The notes beneath the pieces are model-generated. The model was not told the origin of the DNA. It worked only from the letters and a program-made list of their open reading frames with translations, and made no database searches. From assembly GCF_964355755.1 (NCBI RefSeq), contig NC_092670.1:19206795-19270794 (forward strand): a DNA stretch of 64,000 bases, written 5' to 3'. A program made the position numbers and the translations under genes. Shown piece after piece: positions 14,201-26,200 of the stretch. Source of the DNA: Antedon mediterranea. Lineage: Eukaryota > Animalia > Echinodermata. Each line of letters begins with the position of its first letter. The stretch's first letter is position 1.

Positions 14201-17200
14201 AGTTTCTTATGTTTGTCTTGTAAAGTACATGTTGCTCCAGTTCACTTCTACTTTGATTAAAATAATTACAAGGTATGTGAAGTCTCTTGTCCAAAGACAG
14301 GAGAATCCTTAGGCAGAAAATTGTGCAACCTCTATGGAGCTTATTTTATATTTATAATTTGTTATTTAAGGTTGTAGCAAAAGGCTCTCCAGATCTAACA
14401 CTATCTTGGATAGTGGATCTTCAGCTTGCAATATGTAAACTTCTGGGCATGCTCTGTGCAACTTCTCTGCGAAGTAAAGACGGTACAGTATACTGTATAA
14501 TTATTGATTATAATAACAAAATTATAATAACAAACAATTATATCTATCCCTCCTTATTTTTTACAAGCATTTAATCTTTGTAAATCGAACACTATTTTTA
14601 TCAATTTTTCTAACTAGATTTATTGAAAAGTACACCAAAAATGGATGATAGTGCCAACCAACCTACTTCAGATGATTCAACAGAAGCATTACTAAAGGGC
14701 GACCTCTGGAGTAGTCTTTTTCGTGCTGGCCATAATGTCAACAAATTTTCACGGTCATTGTCTGGAGGATTGGTAAATAGTTTTATATTATTTTTTATAT
14801 TTGTTTATTGTATGTCACCAAGGACCAATAGTAAATTAATCACTGTCCTATCAGATAGGTGGGTACATGGGCTGTTATGTAAACCAGTTCACCGATGCTG
14901 AACACAGGTTTTAACTGTGTACACTGAGCCTATGGTTTAGTCCTTATCCGTTCCACCACAAAACTAGGAGTGAGTTGGCCTCGACCCCATCCCGATATTA
15001 TTGACTCTTTATGTACGGTAAACGGCACTTATAAACTGGATAACTTTATAGTTAAGATAATATAATAATAATGAAAGTTTGTTATTTGATCTCAGGTTTC
15101 AGAACCACGTGGTTCCACTGTAAACACTTTTCTGATGGAATTAATTACTGGAGAAGAGACATCAATGAAAATATACAAAAAGTAAGCACATTTTGTTCAC
15201 AAATATTATATTTAAGGAAAACAATGTATCATCTAAGATAACTTGAATGTTTCTCTTTTTAAAAATGGTTTATAATTTTGTTTTTAGGTTTAGTGAAAAG
15301 AATCAGATGCAGAGTATTGGTGGACCTGTTATCGGCGGAACTGTGAGGGCGGTTTTTGCAGCACTGATATGGCACTCACAAGAATTACGAGAGGACTTTG
15401 ACAAATATTTAGAAAAAAGTTTGTCATACATTAAATTTATTCATCTCTTTTTCAGATTTACTTTATCTTTGACAAAAAACTTTTATGAAATAATTGAAAA
15501 ACAGAAAATGATTGCATAACCAAAAGTTATTGGAGCATAACATTTTTCCATCTTAATTTATTTAAGGTGAAAGTTCAGAAGCCACTCTTCCAGAGGGGGT
15601 GCATGAAGCATTTATAACAGCAGAAACTATCAGACCAGTTCTTGTAAGAATTTGCACTATTCTATAGTAATACTTTTATTCTCAGAAAAACCTTACAGGT
15701 AATACATATAGGTAATAGGGTCCCTAATGATCAGCTTCGGCTGGAAGGACCACCCTTGTAAAATATTGTTGGGAAAAAAAATATATATAGAGGCAGAATA
15801 ACCTAAGTTGAAGATACATATAACTTGATTTAAGTAATCAATTACAAATTATTGATATTATAATTTGAATATCTATTTATCTTCAGGTGGATCTTCGTCA
15901 GAAGCACATTGTAGCAACAGAGAACACTATTACACCAGATCAGTCGCATGATGAACCAGGTCAGTCTCTTTCTGTTTTAAAGATTATATGAAGTGTATTG
16001 TAATACTTTACCATGTAATATTCTTTTGTTGTTTTCAGTTTTAGCATGGAAAGAAAAGGCTGAGTTTCTTTTGGAGTTTGGTGGTCTTTCAAAGATCGAA
16101 CCTAAAGCTCAGGTAAATATTCTGTTAATTTGACTTTGTAGGGTTTTTGCTTAAGATCTGTCTACACTATCAAATTAGTTTGACAAAAATTTGTGATGTG
16201 CCTAAATATTATAGTGATATGCCCAAATATGGTAGTGATATGACATCATCATGTCCATATATGGGAACATCACATTTTTTTGTCACATAAACTTTGATAG
16301 TGTAGACAGAGCTTTACAAGCGTTTTTATTGCACTCAGCGAGTGTAAATGGATTTGACTAATTTACGGCCTTCATGTTGCTTACTCCATGAATTGTCACA
16401 ATGTGAAGCAAAATTTGTTAGCTTTTTCCTTCTGTTTTTTTTTTATAAAAGGTAAAAACTTTACTAAGAAGTTTGTCATCAGTAAACAGTAAAGAAAATC
16501 GAACGAAAGTGGCTCATCCTGGAACCTTTGATAGCGAAGCGACTTTTGAGAAACATCCATCGTTCAAACTGGTGTTAGATTTCTTAAAGGATCCTAGATT
16601 CTCAAGGAGAAAGTATGTAACTATTGTATGGCTATTTATGTACATATTATAGTATATTCCAGTTCATCAGCATGGACATGTATTTTTGTCTCAGGTTCAA
16701 CTGCCAGAATTTCTTGTTCCTTGTGAAATTATTGCCAAAAAATCACCTATAAAAATTTTACACATATTTATCTTCTACATTTCGAGAATAAAGTTTTTGA
16801 ATTAAATTGTTAATTAGCATAACAGAGATGTCACCAAAATAATGATTGTGATTTTTTTTTAAAGAGTGGAAGACTTGTTAGAACAGAGAGTGCAACGAGC
16901 AGAGCGTATTGCTTATGGTTACAACTTTGCACTGACCTTTCTTAGGTTCCATGGCACACCACACATCTTTAATGTTTCCTGTGTACAGTTTTTGCAAGAA
17001 ATGCTTATAGCCCAAGACAAAGATCTGGTGTAAGATGTTTTATGTGATTAACTTGAACGTAGCCTGTGTGTGAGTGAGTGGCCGAGAGGTTGAGACAGTG
17101 GAATCGAGGCTCACTTGCTCCATTGTTCTGGTGGTAAAACGAGTCTTCTTGGATAAGGACTATAAACCGTAGCTCATGTGTACAACGAGACGAATAGGGG

Positions 17201-20200
17201 TTACCCCGGTGTACTAGTACACACACAGCCACTGATCATTACTGGGCCCTCTGGGAGACCAGTCTTTGACTGAAGAGGTTACCCAGTATAAATAATAATA
17301 ATAAATACATAATAATAATAACTTTCGGAATTAATAATGGATATATTTGATCATCCTAAAAAGCATTTTTGTTTGATTTTTTTTTCATTTCGCTTTTTCA
17401 GTCATTATGCAGTTTTTATAGATGGGTGTGGTCTTGATCTTGAGACTAAAGTTCGTAAAGCATACTATGCGTTAGTTCAGCTTTTGACTAATGCAATTCA
17501 GGACAACTGGGCGTCTCCAAATGACCGGTATGTTAAAACAATCATTCAGTTTGATATGCAATGGAAGACATCAGTATATCTGTCTTGTTTATGGTACATC
17601 TCTATTGTAAAATGACACTTAGTGACCTACATGACAATAAGTGACCTACATGAATGAGAAAAATACAAGAAACAGGAAACTTAATTATATTAACGTGTTA
17701 GAAGCTAATTTTCTTGCTACTATTTTCATAGATTGGATCAGCTGGCAGTTGACTGCGTCCAAGCCTGTTTGCTCCACCTTCTTGATGTTGATTGGCAGTC
17801 TTACGATTTTGCGTTTCTTGCTGAAAATAATGTTCCGAAGCTGTTACTTACCATCGTCAAGAGTAAGTTAGTGCCAGTTTGGACTGGTTTAAAGCCCCTG
17901 TGTGGGAGCTTAGACATTGACCTGGTATCATCATGATTCACTGGGTTCTAGTGATCTTGATACAATCCCCCGTATCTTGATATCAGCTACCTGTATGCAA
18001 GAAGTCTGTAGAGTCAATGGATTTTATCTTTGTATATGCATAAGCTTTAACGACCTAAAATTCCTCAAAAGCCCTCTAACTCGAAACTGAAAATGGACCT
18101 CTCTGAGACGAGGCTGTAAAGTAAAGTATATGCAGAAAATATAGTTCATTCATGGCCCATTACTTATTTTCTGTTTACTGGATTCAAAATGATATTCACA
18201 CAAGTATGTTAACAATCACACCAATTCTGTTGCTTTTTCTTTGGTATTTTAGGAGCTGTAAGTCTTTACAGCCATCAAACCAAAGAACCGGATGACGTCA
18301 AGGAATTAGGTGATTACTATAAACATAAAGGATGGTTTGAAGAATGCCAGGGTGATAACTTCGGAACTTGGTTCAAACAGATCTCAACCAAAGAATATTT
18401 GGACACAAGACGAGTGAGTAATACTGTAGACCCCCCTCATTTTTGACACCCCTATTCAGGGAAAAGCCATATTTAGTGGACACCCTTAAAGGGACACTTT
18501 CCTGTGAAACGAACAAGGAGAAATATGTTTTTCTATTCTGACCAACCCCTATTAAAGGGACACTTTATTGTGTCTGTACGTGTTCCCTTAAATGTTTTAC
18601 TGTGGTATAGATGCTAACTACCAAAGATTTTGACCAAATAGTGAAGTGCTGTAATTAGCAATTTAACATGCAGACTGAACTTCTTTATTTTTTCTTTCAA
18701 GTGCATGCACATGTTTGTTGCTCAATTTTGTCAGTTACTAGTTGTTAAGATAACCTGTGATGGGTGTGGTACCTTGCTACCAGGAAGTCGCTATCATTGT
18801 TTGGACTGTGAAGACATGGACTTGTGCAATACCTGCTATCTTGGTAATTATCGTATCTGATATCTTCCTCCTCCTCTGGGTTGTAATATTTTGTCTGAAT
18901 TGCTTTTTTGGAAACATCTACTTAAAACGGAGCATGAAACACAGGTCGTTAATCCACTGACTATGTGTATGCACCCTACATCATTCTCTTTTACTTGATG
19001 TTATCCATTTTTTCATAGGTGGTGCAAAGCCAAGCAAACACAAAGATGGCCACAAGCTTGTTAATATGATGTAAGTGAATGTTTTAAAAGACTGTTTAAA
19101 GCAAAGACTTTAATACAGTCCCCTGTCTTTTCCTATCTGTAGTATACAATACCCTCTTTTGGGAAACCCTATTATGGGGACATAGTAGCGAAACAAAGAA
19201 AGAAGAGGAAGTGTATGTTTTATTATTACAGCCAGTGCTATTAAGTGGACACTTTATGAGGTTTTGAATGTTATCTCCTTCGTAGGTGTTCTACTGTATA
19301 CTTCAAATGCTCCATTCTCAAAATGAAAACCTCTTTAAAGGAATATAGATCAGTCCAAGTTTTCTAAATGTATATATTTACTTTTGACAGGTTTAAATGC
19401 AACAATTGCGGATCATTCATCGTTGGTACTCGTGTTCACTGCAATGACTGTGAGGACTTTGACCTCTGTTATGGCTGTCATTTGTCCTCTAACCTCCCCT
19501 CAAGGTTTGTTAAAAATATGCACCATAAATCCAAAAACCAATAAAATTGATATGAATACAAGAGTTTAATTGTTCTTATTGATCATGATTTTGTAAAATA
19601 TTATTTCATTAATTACTATATTTTATCATCGTTCGTTATCATCCTAGTATAAACAGGTCTTAATAGCCATTGCCAACAGTACAGTAAATTCATTGTGGAA
19701 TATGAATATACAATCATTTACTCTTGGATTTATTATCCAATTCTATTTTGTCTTCCTTATAGTCATAAAGCTTCTCATGATGTCGATATCATACCATTAG
19801 AAATAAGTAAGTATATAAAAGCCCTGTATACACTTTCAAACTAGTTTGACAACAAAAAAGTGTAATGTGCCCAAATATGGAAGTGATATAATAAAGTCAG
19901 GCTTTAAAGACCGCATTATGTTAAAAGGCCCAATTCGCTTTACATTGAAACAAAAATTTACAGAGAGAAATTAGTCAAAAGATAACTTAAATAGTTTTTA
20001 ATGATTGTTTGAATGTAACGATGGTGGGTGCTTGCTGAATTGCAGGTAGTAAGTCGTTCCATATATGGGCATATCACTTTTTTGTCACATAAAGTTTGAT
20101 AGTGTAGACAAAGTTTTAGATTAGACACTTCTACAAAGGCTATTACAATAGAAAGTTTAGATATATTAAAGAAATAAATATAAAATAAATGTCATTTTGT

Positions 20201-23200
20201 TTCCGTTACAGTTTTAACAGGTAGTGAAGATAGCAGTCAACTCAACACGTACAGTCATCACCATGCTTGGATACAATTTTCTGCCTTATCACTGTCCGTA
20301 GCAAACACAGAGAATGAAAATCGCAAGAAAGGTAGATATTTAATGCCATAGTTTTTATACTTTTAGAAAAAATGTGTATACATGATAGTGGTCTAATCAT
20401 TTCAGATGTTATGAACTTCTAAATTTATAACTTTATTAATTTACTTATCTTATTATTATTATTATTGAGTATACAAAGGTTAATAAGTCAGCAGCTTTAC
20501 TCACCATCGTCTTTACTCGCCACTCGCCTAGAAGGAGGTTTTTTGTGTAAAAGTATGGTGACCCAAGATGAACGGTGGCCACTGTGACCTACATGATTAC
20601 ACAACAAATGTGTAGTTTTCCAACTTACAGCTTTATAACTTTCTTTTTTTATCTATATTTAGGTATACAAAATTGCTACAGTAAGCAAATATACAAGCAA
20701 TGCGTGGACCTGGTTGTGGAAAGTCTAGAGTTCATGACGCAACACAAAACCAACATTGCATCATTGGCAGACAAGAGGAAGAGAAAATTGAAAGAAGCGA
20801 AGATAAAAAATCAAAAAGAAGAGGAGAAATCAAGCGAAGATGAGAAAAAAACGCAGTCTGTCGATGATGGGAAAGATGATGTAATGGCATCTACAAAAGA
20901 TGAGGCGATAGAGAAAAAGTCTAGTGAGGAGGATCAGAAAAATGTCAAAAATGAGGAAAAAGAGAAGAGAGAGGAAGATATTCTGAAGTTAAACAAAGAC
21001 GAGGAAGATAGTGCTAAGTTAGAAACAGTAAATGAAACTTCAAAATCTGATGAAAAAGAACAAGTTGAGACTAGCAAAACTACTCCAGAGGTTAAGATAA
21101 ATGTAAATGAGAAGAAGGTGGATGTAAAAGAAGAATTGGAGAAAGAAGAAGGCAAAACTAAAGACTCGCAAGATGCTAAGAAAACTGATGGAAAGAAAGG
21201 TGATGATTTAGTTACTATACATTCTCATTTCTTTTAATTAAGTAATTAATTGATTTCTTCCAATTTTCTCTTTTTTTATAACGCTTCTTTCAACAATTCT
21301 TACCTATCTATATATATTTAATAATAAAATTATTATTTTTGCAGCTCAACCTGTTTCTAGTGTCATATCACCTGATCATGCATTTGCTGAGTGTTCCCAA
21401 GAGAAGATTCTGGGATTGCTAGGAGCAATGTTAAAACTTGTAAACCAGGTAAGTTTTTGCACTTTTATTATTTATGCTCTGGAAATATTATATATCTGGG
21501 TATCTTTATTCAATAAAAACAATAATAAAATATAAAATACAAAGGCAGCACAAGTGCTGAATTGACGTATTCTATTGCATCTGGTGTTTTTGCACATAAA
21601 TATAATGTAATTGTAGCCTTGTGAAATACAATGACTGAACTAATTATTCCATAGGATTCTGATGTTACAACAAGACGAGTTCAGTTCCAACTAGAAAGAG
21701 CTCTACCAATCCTTTTTAAATGGGTTAAGTAAGTACCTCACTACTTTCTTATACACCTTTATGCATATACTCCATTGTTACGAAAATATGTGTTTTGAAA
21801 GGTCAACAAGTTTAAGGCATATAAAAGTCGCAGGACAAGATAAAACTTACTATTTTGAATGTTTCCTTCCATAGAGATAGCTTTGGAAACGATACAACTG
21901 ATCAACATATGGCTGTTGGACTGTTGGGCCAATTACTGGCTAAGACCAGTCCTGAGGTAATTCACTGTCATGTTTATTTCTGTTGTTTTTAGAAGCATAC
22001 CAATATCTATTTAAAGCTCGACTGTCTACACTATTAAACTTGTTGGACAAAAAAGTGTGATGTGCCCAAATATGGTAGTGACATTCCCAAATATGGTAGT
22101 CATATGACATCATCATGTCCATATATAAGCACATCACAATTTTGTTGTCACATATTGTTTGATAGTGTAGACAGAGCTTTACAAATCTTTGTTTCTGCCA
22201 GTTTAGTTTTGTTCTTGTGATGATAAAAAAAAAATTCTTTTTAAATAGATTGCAGATTCAGCCCTTGCCCAGTCCTTAAGTGACCATATGACAACCTTTG
22301 ACACAGAGTCAACTCAAGCAGATGCAGCCTCAAAACCTGGTATAGTTGTCTCGCAATCAGAGATTTTGTCCAATATTTGCTGTCCTGGCAAGCAGACTAT
22401 ACACTTTCTTTTTTCTTATGGAGCAAGATGCTTAGAAAAGTAAGAGTACTTTGTAAATTAAATGTTTTTCATCAGATTTTAATTTTTTTTCATATAACTT
22501 TATATACTCGTAACATTTGTAAAAAACTAAAAAAAAAAATTTACTTTTTTATTTTCAGGAGTGGACTAGAATGGGCATCTCTTGTTGCTGGAATACTACG
22601 ACAACTATCAGACTGCCTTCAATGGTCTCAAGTATTAGCCTCCCACATTACAGACTGCATTCAGGAACTACCCGGTAACACTGCCCTAGCTGCTATATTT
22701 TCAATGTTTATTGTAGCAGGTTTTCCACAAGTAAGTTGCAGACTTTGAGCACATGTCCAACAATTACAAGATAAAACTCTCAAAGCTTCACTCAATCAAC
22801 TATCAAACTAGTTTGACAAAAAAGTGTGATGTTCCCAAATATGGTAGTAATATGACATTGATTACAATTAAGATAAGATAAGTTTAAACATATTGATTAC
22901 TGTCATGAACATATAATATGATTTACTGATTTTACTGTACCTTTTCATGATTTCTATTAGGTGCCATGTCATGGAAGTTGCGCAATTCTCCAAGAAACAT
23001 CAGGTGACAGAACTGATGTGATTATCATCAAACATTATGCCATCAAACAACGAGCCCTTGTTGTCAATGTGGATTCAAGAAAGAAGAAAGAGGTAGAAAA
23101 GAACATAATAAAGAACATAAAATGATTATATAAATATCAGAAAAAAGAAAAGCTCTAAAAGATTGAGCTGAATGACTAATTCTTTTGTATATCATTTCAG

Positions 23201-26200
23201 ATAAAGGAATATATGCTAGAATTACAGATTACTCCTGGAACATCCGAGACTACACATTTTGCCACTTTTATTGGAGTTACCAAACGGTTGATTAATCAAA
23301 TGAAACAAGGTAAGGATTTATTGACCTTAAATGACCTGTAGAAGAATAATTTGAATTAGGTTATATTTCAGTTAGTTTGAAAGTGTTCTTTAATTTAGTG
23401 AAATGATTTTCACATTCATAATATGTTTTTTTTTTCAGGAAATGCCTTGACTGTTGAGGAAGTGTGGGTGCTGTGTCTATCTTTAAAGTCTGTACTTGCA
23501 ACGTTAAGAGTAAGTTTCAAATATTACTATCTGATGCGCATACCAACATTACATATATTTCTATATTTAGATTTAATCTCAAATTGTAAACTCATTTTTC
23601 AGAAATGCAATGATGCAAATACTAAGATGATACTTAATGAAGATCTGATGCCTTTACTTGTGTTCCTTGCTAGCAAGCCTACAAGGTTCAACCGTCAATG
23701 GCTGCTGTCAGATCTTGAGGTATAGTTGTTAAGCTTTTTAATAGTGATAACATTAGTGTGTTATTTGGATTATGTGACCATGGTCATGTTGTAACCATAT
23801 TTGGATTTATAGTTCCAGAACTAGATCAATATCAAAGACTTTTATATTTACTTTTCTTTCTCTAGATATTTTCGATTAAATTATACACTGCTGAAAAGAA
23901 ATCTGGAGACGTAGACAGCACCAAAGAAGACGAGGAAACAGAAGATGTAGAAGAGGATACAGAAGCGAGTTCAGCTACATCGCCGCTAGATTCAGTTGGA
24001 ATGGATCCCCTAGGAGGACTGGATGATTACAAACGAACCTGTATCCAGGTAAGAAGCGTGTTGTGGTGCAAATGTCGTTCAGTTGTCTGTGTTGTTCTGT
24101 GACTCGGCCTAATGTAAAGTAGTACAGATTATATGCTTGACTGATTATATTATTGTTTTTATTTTTTTAAATATACAGGCTGCACATGATGCGCTGGAAG
24201 CCCCACTTCCAAATCTGAGGGCGCTGTTTGAAACCTGTGGCCAAAGTATTACAGATTTTCTAATTGCAATTGAGAAAAGGTTAGTAAACTGTCTGGGACT
24301 TATTGCTTGTAATGAGTTCATTCAAATGTTAAATGGTGTAAAATTGTACTACTGTATGTGCATACATCTTGTGCATGATAAAGAGCTACTACCAAAAGGA
24401 GTATTGATTGTGGCGTGCTGGTCCTGGACTTGAAAACAGCCAGCCAGAGAACTGAAGAGATCAGCCAGTATAAAGCTCTTTCTACACTATCAAACTTTAT
24501 GTGACAAAAGTATATAGACATGATGAAGTCATATCACTACCGTATTTGGGCATATCAGTACCATATTTGGGTACATCACAATTTCTTTTGTCAAACTAGT
24601 TTGATAGTGCCGACAGAACATTAAGAAGAAATAGATAATAATCAAATATTTTATTCAAAGTTTTAAACATGATGGTTTCCTTGTGAGTGATGAAGTTTTG
24701 GAACTGTCAAAGAATTGGCAGAGAAAAGGAAAGGGCAAAGAAGAAGATATGTCTGAAGCAAAAGCAGTTGATGCTGGTGCCGTCTGCTACGTACCCTCCA
24801 AGTTGAAAACAAAGTAATAGTCACTTAAACATTTCAATTAAAAAAGGCCCAAAATATCATGATCACCAATAATATACTGGGAAAAAGTGTGCATTATACC
24901 CCAACATTTCTGGGAAAAATTGATATAATCAGCCTGGGAGGGAGTTGACTGTACTATAAAAATTACACTAATTTCACCACATATTTATTAAAAGATAATT
25001 GATAAAACAAATTATTATTTAAACCTTAGTTATATTTTTTCTAACAGATTATTTTCCTTGCTTAGGAAAAAAACAAATACTGCAATTCCAGAACCCAATG
25101 AGGTAGAGAATGTGCTTATTTCAGTCAATGAAAACCATCTTCAACAGGTAATAGCATTTTCATTTAGACATTAGTGAGTGAGTGGCCGAGCGGTTAAGAC
25201 AGTGGAACCGTAATCACGTAGCCATAACATCGGCAGAGGTTCGAGGCTCACTCACTCCATGGTTCTGGTGGTAGAACGAGTCTTCTCGGATAAGGACTAT
25301 AAACCGTAGGTCCAGTGTACACAACTTGCTCGTGTGCACTTTAAAGAACCTAGTACATCTTTCGAGACGAGTAGGGGGTTACCCCGGTGTATTAGTACAT
25401 CACAGCCACTGATCACCAACTGGGCCCTCTGGGAGATCAGTCTTTGACTGAAGAGGTCACCCAGTATAAAGATAAAACAAACAAACAAACTAGCTTTACA
25501 TGTGGTAGATTTTTACTTCAAGCAGTAGCAACTTTTAAATAAGTGTAATCTTGTGAGTTCGAAGACAGAAAGTAACTCTATTGAATATAATCTCTCTTGA
25601 CAGCACTATACAATTATGCTGAACTGCAATAGATTATTTTTTAATTTACTTCTGTTTCTGTAGAGTCTTAAGAAACAACGAAGAACAAAAAGTGCAGAGC
25701 TTTTAAAGAAAGAACTTGAAAAACACAGCAAAGTTGGATCAAGAGAATTTGTTCACAAAGTCAACCAAGCTGTTGCGATACTCTACGCACGACATGTGCT
25801 AGCTGTCATGCTTGCTGATTGGCCAGATGGTCATCCAATCAGCTTAAAGCTCTTTGGTTGCACTGATCACGCTCATTTCGTAGGTGTTCTAGATCTTCTG
25901 CAAAGAGCTGAGGAAAAGGAGATGTTTGCGAAGGTATGTTTCCGAAGTATATAATATTTTTATATTGGTATCGAGCTAAGTTTTAGGAAGTGAGGGTTCT
26001 GGAGATTAGAAACGTTATCTCCCAGTGTGCTGATTATGGTCCTGGTTTGGGCCTTCTGAGAGAACAGTCTTGTACTAGAATACTTGAATTGAGACATCAA
26101 TCATACTTTGTTTCTTTGTTAGAAGCACAAGGTGTACTGGAAACCTAATATACATACATTTGCCATACAGACCTTAATATTTCACATTTTTTTAACATTT

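Noticed and set aside
23772-23795. CATGGTCATG flanked by ATGTGAC / TTGTAAC as another footprint
   Set aside because: Only 5/7 duplication identity and the inner sequence differs from the family; compatible with chance.
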